A DNA stretch of 64,000 nucleotides from a virus: positions 1 through 64,000 of IMG/VR virus record IMGVR_UViG_3300044681_000281. One strand, given 5' to 3'. The first letter of the stretch is position 1. The number at the start of each line of letters is the position of its first letter. Of this stretch, positions 11,125 through 20,980 are shown piece after piece. Below the pieces are notes generated by a model. The model was not told the DNA's origin and made no database searches. It saw nothing but the letters and a program-made list of their open reading frames with translations. The position numbers and the translations under genes are program-made.

Positions 11125-12957
11125 TTAAAATGTAGTGGAACCGAGAGTTTTGACCCTAACTTTAATATCTTTATTTGGGAATCTTACTTGGAAAATCTGA
11201 TTACTCTTCATAAAAATTGTTGAGTCAGATTGTGTTATTTGTTTTGTGGTTTCATCCGAATATCCTTGAGATACTTCCGCAACGGAATATTCACCACCTG
11301 TTTTACCAAAAACACGTATGTCAACTACGTTTACAATTCCAACAATATCAGATATGGTTTTTTGTAATTCACCAACGAATAGTGGATCGCCCATCTTTCT
11401 TTTACTGATGTCGAAAAATTCACCACTTTGTGTGATAACATCTTTTAGAATCTCAGATTGATTGATGTTCTTATCAACCAATAAATCAATTTCTAATCCA
11501 AAATCAACAACCTCACCACTTTGAATATCGATGTAGTCGTTGATCATTCTATAATTTGTTAGGTATCTTAAAATGTTGTTTTTGAGTGTGTTAGATACTG
11601 TATCGGTTAAATTACCCTGATCATCATAAGACAATAATTTAATCTTAACCTTATTATCTTCTTCCATGACATTAACCTTAGCTGGTGCACCAAATGTCGA
11701 TGGCATCGTCTCAATTAGAGACTTATAGTCGTTTAGGGTTACCGCTCTATTCTGTGCCGCAAAATTGTAACCAACCATATTTCTAATCTCCTCGATAGTG
11801 GGTTGGTCTGATCCACCAACCGCAGGGGTTACGTTTGTTACATTTAGTGATTGAACGACTTGGTTGTTTACGTTTGTAAGTGGTCCACTAACGTTGAATT
11901 CAACATTATCGACACTATTGATTACGTTTACACCTAAGTTTGTGTCTTTACCACCACCAACTCTATATTTTACAAAAAGTGTTGTGTTTGTTTTGGGTGT
12001 TGCACCTAACGAAAGGTTATTTAGATATGTTGCCAAATTAACCTTTAACGACCCATCATTAAATGAATCTAAGTTTTCCATTGGGTCAACCGCACCTGAA
12101 CCAAATGTTACTGACATAAAACCTTCGGGAGTATACTCACTGATAAATTTGTTTGTTACTCTTTTGTAATCTCCCGCAGTAAAGTTGGCAGTATCTGATG
12201 AGGATGTTTTATTTGGAATAAAAACCTTATCCTCCATTAAACTTTTTACTTCATACCATCTATTCGTTTCTGATGAAAACTCTGAAGATGTAGGGTTTGA
12301 TGTAAAATTGGTACCTTCTTTATGAATGATAGATGTTACACCCAAAACATTCTGTTCGGGTAAATAAATCTTAAAGAAAGGTTTCTGATCCTGTGTTGAG
12401 ATTACTCTTCTGAAAATTCTTGACACTCCATTCACCACCGCATCTCTTTTGGTGATTGTATAGGATATTAACTTATTGTTCGTGTCAAAATTTGGGATCT
12501 TTAATCTATTAGGTTCACCCTTGCTATTGAATGGATTTGAGAAGTCAATGTCTTCTATTGTTTCAAATGTTTGTCCTCCACCCGAAACTTGCGCACCCGC
12601 TTTAAGGATACCCAAATATCTTTCATCTTCTTTGTCACCTCTTACAGGGACATTAATAGAAAAATCACATAGAGATACCGAAGGTCTATTACCCGGTATT
12701 CTAATACCATAAGTTTTTGCGATATGGAAAAGAGATCTTCTTTGTTGGGCAAAGTCCAACATAGTTTCTTGCCAAACTCTATCAATATGATAATGTAGGT
12801 TGTCACCAATTGCTGCGTTAAGATCCAATAACACAGAATATATGGATGCGTCATTGGTATTCTTTATTAAATCAGGGTAGTAATCCTTAGTGAGATTAAC
12901 TAACTCTTGTCTTAGTCCCGCAAAATCTCTTTTAGCGTATGAAATCTTTTTTGCCAT
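11125..12957 (-). CDS. Baseplate wedge subunit, T4 gp6/P2 gpJ-like
   Basis: N-terminal RDFAGLRQELVNLTKDYYPD...NDAS, plus YRVGGG and AVGGSDQPTIEEIR...AAQNRAVTLNDY, typical of gp6/baseplate J. Confidence 0.9.
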   Translation of the reverse strand: MAKKISYAKRDFAGLRQELVNLTKDYYPDLIKNTNDASIYSVLLDLNAAIGDNLHYHIDRVWQETMLDFAQQRRSLFHIAKTYGIRIPGNRPSVSLCDFSINVPVRGDKEDERYLGILKAGAQVSGGGQTFETIEDIDFSNPFNSKGEPNRLKIPNFDTNNKLISYTITKRDAVVNGVSRIFRRVISTQDQKPFFKIYLPEQNVLGVTSIIHKEGTNFTSNPTSSEFSSETNRWYEVKSLMEDKVFIPNKTSSSDTANFTAGDYKRVTNKFISEYTPEGFMSVTFGSGAVDPMENLDSFNDGSLKVNLATYLNNLSLGATPKTNTTLFVKYRVGGGKDTNLGVNVINSVDNVEFNVSGPLTNVNNQVVQSLNVTNVTPAVGGSDQPTIEEIRNMVGYNFAAQNRAVTLNDYKSLIETMPSTFGAPAKVNVMEEDNKVKIKLLSYDDQGNLTDTVSNTLKNNILRYLTNYRMINDYIDIQSGEVVDFGLEIDLLVDKNINQSEILKDVITQSGEFFDISKRKMGDPLFVGELQKTISDIVGIVNVVDIRVFGKTGGEYSVAEVSQGYSDETTKQITQSDSTIFMKSNQIFQVRFPNKDIKVRVKTLGSTTF

Positions 12958-12958
12958 C

Positions 12959-13411
12959 TTATATGTTAATTATCACAAAATCCGATGATGAAAACGCACC
13001 GTTATTTACTGTATAGTCAATTTTGACCTTTGCCGTATATGGTTTAGTTGACGGATCGGCTAATCTATATAACCTCTCATCTTCGTCTTCATCAACCTTA
13101 CTCATTGTGTTGGTTTCTTCTTCTGCGGAAATAACCTTTATTGAGTTAATATCTAAGTTTGGGAGGTACTTTCTACAACCTTCTCTGATCTCCTCTTCAA
13201 TTAAATTAAAGGTGATCATATCACTCTGATCAAAGATGTATTCATAGATTCTTGTACCAAAATCTGGTAAGAAAAATCTACTCCCTTTTTTAGTTAAGAT
13301 TAAATGAATAAGATTCGCCCTAACCTCTCTTTCGGGAGTGGTCGTCATCTTCATATAATCTCCTGTTACACTTTCTCTAAATGGAAAGTCAATACCATAG
13401 GTTACTGCCAT
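12959..13411 (-). CDS. Baseplate wedge/sheath initiator, T4 gp25-like
   Basis: GIDFPF...VRANLIHLILTKKGSRFFLPDFGTRIYEYIFD is the gp25/GPW signature. Start moved to the ATG at 13411 (MAVTYG) because the longer ORF runs through a terminator and the TATTTAT motif sits just upstream of this ATG. Confidence 0.88.
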   Translation of the reverse strand: MAVTYGIDFPFRESVTGDYMKMTTTPEREVRANLIHLILTKKGSRFFLPDFGTRIYEYIFDQSDMITFNLIEEEIREGCRKYLPNLDINSIKVISAEEETNTMSKVDEDEDERLYRLADPSTKPYTAKVKIDYTVNNGAFSSSDFVIINI

Positions 13412-13446
13412 ACTAATAAATATATTCATTAGTAAAATGAGTATAA

Positions 13447-13474
13447 ATAAAAAACCCCTCAAAAAAGAGGGGTT
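13447..13474 (-). terminator. Intrinsic terminator after nrdA
   Basis: Minus strand reads AACCCCTC-TTTTTT-GAGGGGTT followed by a T tract. Confidence 0.8.
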
Positions 13475-13498
13475 AAAAAAATAAGTCAAAAAAAACAC

Positions 13499-15952
13499 TT
13501 ATGAACCACAACCTTCACACTCAAATGGTGAGTCGTCAGGTCTTATGGTTGGTTGTGATACCATTTCCAACACACTATTATCACTTAAAAGTGAATTAGA
13601 CGTTGGCATTGGGTTCTCTTTTTGTTCTGTAACCTCCTCAATAACTTGTTCGGGTTTTGGTTGAGATTTACTCGTATTAACACCTAAACCTTTCAGTGGG
13701 TCAACCGCCGAACGTGTTCTTAAGTAATACATACCTGTTTTCAAACCTAATTTCCATCCATGTAAATGTGCTGCCAATAATTTCGCCTTAGTAGCATTAC
13801 TAATGAATAAGTTTAGAGATTGTGATTGATCAATAAATACTGATCTTTTTGCCGCCATATTGAGTAATGTCTTCTGCGACATTTCCCAAACTGTTTTATA
13901 GATTTCTTTAATCTCTGTTGGGATTTCGGGAATGTTCTGAACCGAACCATTTTCCATGATAAGTTTGTCTTTAATCTCATCATTCCATAGTCCTGAATTC
14001 ATCAATTCTTTAACAAGGTGTTTATTAACTACAATAAACTCCCCACCCAATGTTCTTCTCGAATATAAATTAGTTGTGAATGGTTCAAATGCCTCGTTGT
14101 TACCTAAAATTTGTGCCGTAGATGCGGTCGGCATCGGAGCAAATAACAATGAATTTCTCACACCGAAATTAACAACCTCTTTTCTAAGAGACTTCCAATC
14201 CCATCTTCCTGATAAATCACCATCCTTAAGTCCCCACATTTGATATTGAAAAATACCCTTTTCAATTGGTGAACCTGAAATGCTCTCATATGGACCAACT
14301 TCTTTGGATAGGTCTTTTGAAGATGTCATTGCCGCAAAGTAGATAGTCTCAAAAATATCAGTCTGTAGTGTATCCGCCATATCACTTTCAAAAGGAATAC
14401 GTAATGTACAGAATACATCCGCCAATCCTTGAACACCTAAACCAATTGGTCTATGTCTAAAGTTAGATCTCTTAGTTTCTTCTGTTGGATAGAAGTTAAG
14501 GTCAATGACATTATTAAGGTTTCTAACTACTTGATATACATATTCATACAATAGTTGATGGTTGAATTCTCCATCAATGATATACTTAGGTAACGCAATT
14601 GATGCGAGATTACAAACCGCCTGTTCTGTTGGTGAACTGTATTCAATGATCTCAGTACATAAGTTGGACGATTTAATTGTACCCAAATTCTTTTGGTTAG
14701 ATTTAGCGTTAGCTGAATCCTTATACAACATATAAGGTGTACCAGTCTCAATCTGTGCGGTGAGAATCGCATCCATTAACTTTCTCGCCTTAACAACTCG
14801 TCTACCTCGACCCTCACTTTCATACTGTTCGTATAATTGGGTAAAGTCTTTACTCTCAGGTGAATCATATACATCTGATAATCCCGGTGCTTCGTTTGGT
14901 GAGAATAGTGTCCAATCCCCATCCTCTTCGACTCTTTTCATGAAGAGGTCCGGTGTCCACATCGCAAGGAACAAATCTCTTGCCCTCATTTCTTCTTTAC
15001 CGTGATTTTTTCTGAGTTCAATGAAGTCAAATACGTCGGCATGCCATGGTTCCAAATAAATCGCAAAGGAACCCTTTCTTTTACCCCCTTGGTTAATCCA
15101 TCGAGCAACCTCATTATAGGTTTTCATCATAGGGATGAGACCGTCTGATTCCCCTCCCGTACCTTTAATGTACGAACCTTTCGCTCTTACATCGTGAACG
15201 TGAAGTCCAATACCTCCCGCCCATTTAGAGATGTTCGCAACATCTTTAATGGTCTCAAACAAACCATTAATATCGTCACCCTTATTCCCAATTAAGAAAC
15301 AAGATGACATCTGTGCTCTTCTTGTTCCCGCATTAAACAGTGTTGGTGTTGCGTGTGTGTAGAAGTGTTGTGAGAGATCATCATAAATACGTAATCCCAT
15401 TTCAAGATCATTATTACAAATCCCTAATGCGACCCTCATATACATATACTGAGGTCTCTCAACAATATGGTCACTTATTCTAAGTAAGTAAGATCTCTCT
15501 AATGTTTTGAATCCGAAATAATCAAAATCAAAATCTCTTTCTTGTACAATTGCACCGTCAATAGCGGCACGGTTCTTCATAACAAACTCATATAGTTCGT
15601 CAGAAATTAATGAAGACTCAACACCTGTTCTCGGTTCAATAAAAGAATACAATTCCTTGATTCCTTGCGAAAACTTTTTAGGTGTTGTTTTATGTAAGTT
15701 AGTAACGGCAATACGTCCCGCTAATCTTGCATAGTCAGGATGTGTCGTTGTCATTGATGCTGCGGTCTCCGCAGCTAATGTGTCTAACTCTGTAGTTGAT
15801 ATTCCGTCATAGATACCTTGAGTTACTTTCAAAGTAATATATGTTGGGTCTACATATTCTAAATTTAAGTCAGAACACAAGGCAGAAATTCTCCTTGTGA
15901 TCTTATCATATCTCATTTCCTCTAAGGAACCGTCTCTCTTTTTTACCTTCAT
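13499..15952 (-). CDS. nrdA: Ribonucleotide reductase class Ia alpha subunit with ATP cone
   Basis: N-terminal ATP cone (VKKRDG), THATPTLFNAG, SSCF, SNLCTEI, CNLASI, APMPTASTAQ, KTGMYYLRT and C-terminal CEGCGS. Confidence 0.97.
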   Translation of the reverse strand: MKVKKRDGSLEEMRYDKITRRISALCSDLNLEYVDPTYITLKVTQGIYDGISTTELDTLAAETAASMTTTHPDYARLAGRIAVTNLHKTTPKKFSQGIKELYSFIEPRTGVESSLISDELYEFVMKNRAAIDGAIVQERDFDFDYFGFKTLERSYLLRISDHIVERPQYMYMRVALGICNNDLEMGLRIYDDLSQHFYTHATPTLFNAGTRRAQMSSCFLIGNKGDDINGLFETIKDVANISKWAGGIGLHVHDVRAKGSYIKGTGGESDGLIPMMKTYNEVARWINQGGKRKGSFAIYLEPWHADVFDFIELRKNHGKEEMRARDLFLAMWTPDLFMKRVEEDGDWTLFSPNEAPGLSDVYDSPESKDFTQLYEQYESEGRGRRVVKARKLMDAILTAQIETGTPYMLYKDSANAKSNQKNLGTIKSSNLCTEIIEYSSPTEQAVCNLASIALPKYIIDGEFNHQLLYEYVYQVVRNLNNVIDLNFYPTEETKRSNFRHRPIGLGVQGLADVFCTLRIPFESDMADTLQTDIFETIYFAAMTSSKDLSKEVGPYESISGSPIEKGIFQYQMWGLKDGDLSGRWDWKSLRKEVVNFGVRNSLLFAPMPTASTAQILGNNEAFEPFTTNLYSRRTLGGEFIVVNKHLVKELMNSGLWNDEIKDKLIMENGSVQNIPEIPTEIKEIYKTVWEMSQKTLLNMAAKRSVFIDQSQSLNLFISNATKAKLLAAHLHGWKLGLKTGMYYLRTRSAVDPLKGLGVNTSKSQPKPEQVIEEVTEQKENPMPTSNSLLSDNSVLEMVSQPTIRPDDSPFECEGCGS

Positions 15953-15967
15953 CGTTGTTCAAATATT

Positions 15968-16942
15968 TTAAAAGTCCATATCACCGAACGCAGAATCAAG
16001 GTCCTCCTCGGTTTCTTTATTCACACCCGCCTTTTGGTATTCAGCAACTCTCTTTTCAAAGAAGTTGGTTTTACCTTGAAGTGCTATGTTTTGCATGAAA
16101 TCAAATGGGTTCTCAGAATTGAAGTGTTTTGGAACACCTAAAGAATCCAACAATCTATCGGTCACAAACTCTAAGTATTGAGACATTAAATCGGAGTTCA
16201 TTCCAATCAATCTAACAGGTAATGCTTCGAGAATAAACTCTTTTTCGATTTCTAATGCCGATAAGATAATTTCCTTAATTCTCTTATGTGATAATTTTTT
16301 CTCAATGTGACTATTGTAAAGATGACAAGCAAAGTCACAGTGAAGACCCTCATCACGAGAGATAAGTTCATTAGAGAAGGTTAAACCTGGCATTAATCCT
16401 CTTTTCTTTAACCAAAAGATTGAACAGAAAGAACCAGAAAAGAAAATACCTTCAACCGCAGCAAATGCAATTAATCTTTCTGCGAACGAGTCAGACTCGA
16501 TCCAACGAAGTGCCCATGTTGCCTTTTTCTGAATTGCGGGAATCGTTTCAATTGCATTAAACAAATGATTTTGTTCTTCGGGATCTTTAATATAGGTATC
16601 TATCAACAAAGAATATGTCTCACTATGGATGTTCTCCATTGCGATTTGGAAACCATAGAAAAACTTCGCCTCAGTATATTGTACTTCATTTACGAAGTTC
16701 TCTGCGAGATTCTCATTAACAATACCATCAGACGCAGCAAAGAATGCCAAAACATGTTTGACGAAGTGTCTTTCATCGTCATTTAATTTGTTGGCCCAAT
16801 CACTAATGTCTTGCATTAGATCAATTTCTTCTGCGGTCCAAAAGGATGCTTCTTGTTGTTTATAGAACTTCCATATGTCATGGTGTTCGATAGGAAAGAG
16901 GACGAAACGTCCAGGATTTTCTTGTAAAATCTTCTCAGTCAT
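15968..16942 (-). CDS. nrdB: Ribonucleotide reductase class Ia beta subunit
   Basis: [54 protein letters not shown]. Confidence 0.97.
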   Translation of the reverse strand: MTEKILQENPGRFVLFPIEHHDIWKFYKQQEASFWTAEEIDLMQDISDWANKLNDDERHFVKHVLAFFAASDGIVNENLAENFVNEVQYTEAKFFYGFQIAMENIHSETYSLLIDTYIKDPEEQNHLFNAIETIPAIQKKATWALRWIESDSFAERLIAFAAVEGIFFSGSFCSIFWLKKRGLMPGLTFSNELISRDEGLHCDFACHLYNSHIEKKLSHKRIKEIILSALEIEKEFILEALPVRLIGMNSDLMSQYLEFVTDRLLDSLGVPKHFNSENPFDFMQNIALQGKTNFFEKRVAEYQKAGVNKETEEDLDSAFGDMDF

Positions 16943-16964
16943 CTTTATAAATTTATTCTATTGA

Positions 16965-18356
16965 TTATTGAATGCCGTGTGTCTTTTTGTAAATGTCGGC
17001 CGCCCTATTTACACCAATCTCTTCTTTTCGTTTTTGGTGACCCAATAGAGTTTCTTGTTCAGTAACATCAATCTCTAAGTACTCATTGTCAAACTTACAA
17101 TTCACGAAGTTGACACCGTCTCTACCTATTCTTGATTTAACTAATGTTACGTTTGCGGTTTTGTTTTCTTTTTGTTCCAAACTTTTTGCGACAGAAATAA
17201 TCACGTGTGCGGATTGTGCCTTCTTGATAGACCCACCCATATCGTCAACATTTACAATATCTGCCGAGATAGAGTTTCTGTTACCTTGTGCTGCTGTCCA
17301 AATTGCGACATTAAGTTCCGCACACATAGACTCAACAGATCTAATAACACTACCTTCTCCTTTCCATTCCTCTCCAAAGACACCTTTATCTGATGAGACA
17401 CAATCAATGTAATCGATTACTATCATGTCAGGTTGAAATCCTTGGGATTCTAATTTCCTAAGTTTTCTTCTAATCTCACCAACCGTAGTTCTATCACTTT
17501 CCATTTTAATTAACTTAAGTGAACCAAAATTTGGTGATGATGTAACTTCCTCAACCTTACTTAATACATAGTCTTTGTTTTCCTGTGATTCTGTTTGCCA
17601 ATCACTTGGTTTACCTGACCAAATCGTATAGTGTTTCTTAATGATTTCAGATTGTCTATCCTCAAAGAAAATATGTACAACCTTAAAACCGCAGTTAGCC
17701 GCGGTATTGGCGAACTTTGTTAAGATTGTAGATTTACCTACACCGGTTGGTGCGATGACCATACCTAACTCTCCGTGACCTAAACCACCTTTTAAGAGGT
17801 CATCTAATCCACGAATACCTGTCGGTATCGGTGTTCTTGTATCCTTTTCTAAAGCGGATGCCATATCCTCTAAAATGTCTTTAATATCGTCATCGGTAGT
17901 ACCAACTTGAAGTGCCTCAACAATCATGTCTTGGATCTTCTCGTAGTTTTGGAACTCACCATTATGGGCGATATCATTAACCTTCTTTAGAGTTTTAATA
18001 AGGTTTTGTTGTTTACAGAAATTAAGTGCGGTGTCCTTCACATATGTTGGACCTACAATCGCATCCTCTAAGTTTTCAATCTCCATCAAAGTATCCGAGT
18101 GAAGTCTGCCCGCTATTGGGTTAGAGGCAGTATCCTCCATGATCTTCTGTTTTACCGTGACGTAATTTGGTATCTTTCTATATGTGTCCGTTAACTCTTT
18201 GATATTTTGTACAATATATTTGAATGAATTATTGTCAAAATACTTACTCTCCAATACCTCAATAATTTGTTCTCCGTACTTGGGATCTTCTATAATGGAC
18301 TTTATTAATACTTGTTGAAATTGATTACCTAGTTTATTAAAATTCTGTTCTGTCAT
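16965..18356 (-). CDS. dnaB: Replicative helicase, DnaB/T4 gp41-like
   Basis: IPTGIRGLDDLLKGGL, Walker A APTGVGKS, Walker B IVIDYID, WTAAQGNR, KSRIG. Confidence 0.9.
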   Translation of the reverse strand: MTEQNFNKLGNQFQQVLIKSIIEDPKYGEQIIEVLESKYFDNNSFKYIVQNIKELTDTYRKIPNYVTVKQKIMEDTASNPIAGRLHSDTLMEIENLEDAIVGPTYVKDTALNFCKQQNLIKTLKKVNDIAHNGEFQNYEKIQDMIVEALQVGTTDDDIKDILEDMASALEKDTRTPIPTGIRGLDDLLKGGLGHGELGMVIAPTGVGKSTILTKFANTAANCGFKVVHIFFEDRQSEIIKKHYTIWSGKPSDWQTESQENKDYVLSKVEEVTSSPNFGSLKLIKMESDRTTVGEIRRKLRKLESQGFQPDMIVIDYIDCVSSDKGVFGEEWKGEGSVIRSVESMCAELNVAIWTAAQGNRNSISADIVNVDDMGGSIKKAQSAHVIISVAKSLEQKENKTANVTLVKSRIGRDGVNFVNCKFDNEYLEIDVTEQETLLGHQKRKEEIGVNRAADIYKKTHGIQ

Positions 18357-18387
18357 TGTTCAATATTTTACTTTCTTTTTGTTTTTT

Positions 18388-18834
18388 TTATAATTCGTAA
18401 TTGAGGTATTTTCTCTCTAATTTTGTTGAAGATAAGGTCTCACTGAGGGTACCTAAAATTCTTCTTAGTTGAGGACGGATGTCCACCGCATATCTAACTT
18501 TCGGATGAAAGATGTGTGCGGGGAATGTCCTTGAAATAAATACATCGTCATTCTGCTTAATCTCTAGTAAGAAGTACTCGTCAGGGTCCGGTCCTTCGTT
18601 GTTCGAAGGGTCGAAAACAGGAAAATAATTTTGATTGTCGTGTAGATATTCCAAAGTTTTTTCTTTCAAATTGAATGAAATTTCTTCACAAATATTTTTA
18701 ACATTGTCGTGAATGTCTAAAGATCGTCTCGCGTCAGGGTTGAAGTTTCTGACATTGAAGAATCTCTGTACAATAATGTTACCCTCGAGGGTTAACAAGA
18801 ATTCGCATTTGGTCGTGTCGTTATTAGTACTCAT
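18388..18834 (-). CDS. Hypothetical protein in the replication block
   Basis: 148-aa ORF overlapping the exonuclease stop. Confidence 0.6.
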   Translation of the reverse strand: MSTNNDTTKCEFLLTLEGNIIVQRFFNVRNFNPDARRSLDIHDNVKNICEEISFNLKEKTLEYLHDNQNYFPVFDPSNNEGPDPDEYFLLEIKQNDDVFISRTFPAHIFHPKVRYAVDIRPQLRRILGTLSETLSSTKLERKYLNYEL

Positions 18835-19843
18835 CGCTTTTAAATTTTATTATTCTTTTATTTTTTTCCTTACGGGTTAATCGTAAGAAAGGGTTTAGGA
18901 AATTAACCCACGCATCATCAGACTTCGGTAGGACAGTAAAGAGTCCATCTTCCATCATCATCTTCATGGTGTTCTTATAGGATCTACCTTCAGGATCTAA
19001 ATCTTCGTGGATTAATGAGGTAATTGTTTCTGTTGCCTCTTCGGTTAAGAATGGGGAATCCAAACTCACTATACTTTCGTTTAATGAAAAAAATTCCTCA
19101 CCAAATACCCCATATTTTGTAACACCTGTTAATAAATTTTTAACCGTATTGTTATGTTTATCTTCTTCGAACATCTCGTTGGACTTATCAATAACATTTT
19201 GAATTGTCATTGGTCTTTCCTTAACCTCAGGGAACATTGAAATGAATTTTTTAATTCCCATGTTTTTTATCCCTGCGATGTTGTCAGAACGATCACCACA
19301 TATCATCTTGACGATTTTAACGTTCTGTATGTGGATATCTTCGTTATCATAAGGTATGATATCGTTTTGTTCATAAAGTCGTCTATGGGAGGGGTTATAG
19401 ACCTTCACATTGTCCGACACTAACTGTGTCAAATCACCATCTGAAGAATAAATTATACAATTCTCTTCTGTGTTTTGGACATAGTATGCAACACAGTCGT
19501 CTGTTTCACAAAATTCAAATTCTCCTTGTCTAACATAGAGTTCCTCCAAGTATTGTTGGACTCTTCTTCTTTGTTTAGTGTAGGATTGTTTTTCGTTATC
19601 AGACCGTACTCTTTCTCTACGATTTTCCTTGTAACGAGAATACATTTTTTTACGAGTAGCGGCACCATCCTCGCCATCCCAAAAAACCACAATCTTATCA
19701 AGTCTGTAGTTTTCAAATGATCTCCTTAGGGTATTAAGGAAGTGGTAGATTCCACCAATGTGTTCTCCCTTATAGAAGTAATTTTTTACCCCAAAAAAAC
19801 CGATAGTAAGTAAGTTATCTCCGTCTACTAATAAAACTGACAT
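18824..19843 (-). CDS. 5'-3' exonuclease / flap endonuclease (T4 RNase H, PolI N-terminal-like)
   Basis: LLVDGDNL, VFWDG, YKENR, ETDDCVA, SSDGDLTQL, GDRSDNIAGIKNMGIK (H3TH motif). Confidence 0.92.
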   Translation of the reverse strand: MSVLLVDGDNLLTIGFFGVKNYFYKGEHIGGIYHFLNTLRRSFENYRLDKIVVFWDGEDGAATRKKMYSRYKENRRERVRSDNEKQSYTKQRRRVQQYLEELYVRQGEFEFCETDDCVAYYVQNTEENCIIYSSDGDLTQLVSDNVKVYNPSHRRLYEQNDIIPYDNEDIHIQNVKIVKMICGDRSDNIAGIKNMGIKKFISMFPEVKERPMTIQNVIDKSNEMFEEDKHNNTVKNLLTGVTKYGVFGEEFFSLNESIVSLDSPFLTEEATETITSLIHEDLDPEGRSYKNTMKMMMEDGLFTVLPKSDDAWVNFLNPFLRLTRKEKNKRIIKFKSDEY

Positions 19844-19872
19844 TATAAACCTTTTAAAGGTTCAACATATTT

Positions 19873-20874
19873 TCAATCTCCGTCTTCCTCACGAATATCA
19901 AAGTCACCACCTTCACCAAGTTGGTTCTTCCAATAATCGGAGTATTCACTCTTGTATTGTTCTAACGATTTCTTCTCATCAGTCGCATCTTTTCCTTTAA
20001 GGAATCCATGTGCGGTGACGATAATTCTACCATCCTCGTAACCAAGACCATTTACGTGGTTTTTCATAATGGAAATCTTACTCTTAGTTGCGAACTTTAC
20101 TTTTCTACCACCTTTAACGGCTGAGATAGGATTAGTACCCGCATTTTTCTGATTCCCAAAACGGAAGACCAATGTAGAATTTAACCAAACCGACTCCCCA
20201 CCTTTTGCTTTAATCTTAGGTTGACCAAATGGATTGTCAGGTAATTCTACCCATGGTTGGTTTACAATAACCAATGTGTTCGTGTAAGGTGAGTCTGTAC
20301 GTCTTGAACCTGAAATTCTTTGGTTTAGACCCATTCCAATCTTATCAGATAATACTGATGCGTTGTGTTGTTTACCCCCTTTACCATCAAATGTCATTTT
20401 ACATGGAACGGAACCAACCGAATCCCACATAAACAACATATCATATTCGATTTCACCTTTCTTTTGTGCATCCAATAATTCATTGATATAATCCGTGATT
20501 TGTTCAATGTATTCGAATTGGTTGTTAAAAAGGAAGAATCCATCGTATTCAATTTCACCTGTTTCTTCATCGACCACTTCTTCAACTTCAAGACCCATCA
20601 ACTTTGCGTGAGGGAAGTCCCATTTTTGTTCTGTGATAATGAATACAGGTAAAATACCTTTCTTTTGTGCGTCGACCGCAGTTTTAACCAGTGCAGTTGT
20701 TTTTCCTGTATCAGAATGTCCTAAGAACATGTTGATGTGACCCATAGCGGGACCGGGTAAACCTGTGGCATCTAAGAACGCATCTCCTAAATCAAAAAAC
20801 TTATCAGACTTAAACTTCGCCTGAACTGAGAATTTTGATTTGATACTTTTAAAATCTTTTTTCTTGATTGCCAT
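19873..20874 (-). CDS. recA: RecA/UvsX-like recombinase
   Basis: Walker A GHSDTGKT, Walker B FMWDSVG, IVNQ, KAKGG, KNHV. Confidence 0.9.
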   Translation of the reverse strand: MAIKKKDFKSIKSKFSVQAKFKSDKFFDLGDAFLDATGLPGPAMGHINMFLGHSDTGKTTALVKTAVDAQKKGILPVFIITEQKWDFPHAKLMGLEVEEVVDEETGEIEYDGFFLFNNQFEYIEQITDYINELLDAQKKGEIEYDMLFMWDSVGSVPCKMTFDGKGGKQHNASVLSDKIGMGLNQRISGSRRTDSPYTNTLVIVNQPWVELPDNPFGQPKIKAKGGESVWLNSTLVFRFGNQKNAGTNPISAVKGGRKVKFATKSKISIMKNHVNGLGYEDGRIIVTAHGFLKGKDATDEKKSLEQYKSEYSDYWKNQLGEGGDFDIREEDGD

Positions 20875-20890
20875 AACTCTTATATAAAAA

Positions 20891-20970
20891 GGGTCCCCAA
20901 CCTCGGGGCCGACTGAGTCGGTTTAACTCCACCAGATGTTTCCATCAAATTTTTTGTGAGGTGGGGACCC
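20891..20970 (-). ncRNA. Candidate 80-nt structured RNA element or terminator between ssb and recA
   Basis: GC-rich island. Outer stem GGGUCCCCACCUC/GAGGUUGGGGACCC encloses the hairpins GAUG-GAAA-CAUC and CCGAC-UCA-GUCGG, followed by UUUUU on the minus strand. Confidence 0.55.
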
Positions 20971-20980
20971 ATAGGTTTAA

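Noticed and set aside
12959-13498. Hydrophobic N-terminal extension on gp25 in the ORF track (similar extensions at 42343, 57510, 42324 and 63093)
   Set aside because: These come from upstream alternative start codons running through terminator, promoter or upstream-gene sequence. The downstream ATGs fit better.
13499-16942. Eukaryotic giant-virus origin suggested by the eukaryote-like RNR, PolB and SNF2
   Set aside because: This RNR subtype also occurs in bacteria. The sheath, tube and baseplate genes, bacterial promoters and intrinsic terminators indicate a bacteriophage.
20891-20970. tRNA or hammerhead ribozyme identity for the structured element
   Set aside because: It has no T-loop or anticodon cloverleaf and no CUGANGA core on either strand. 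I found no tRNA genes in the window by eye.
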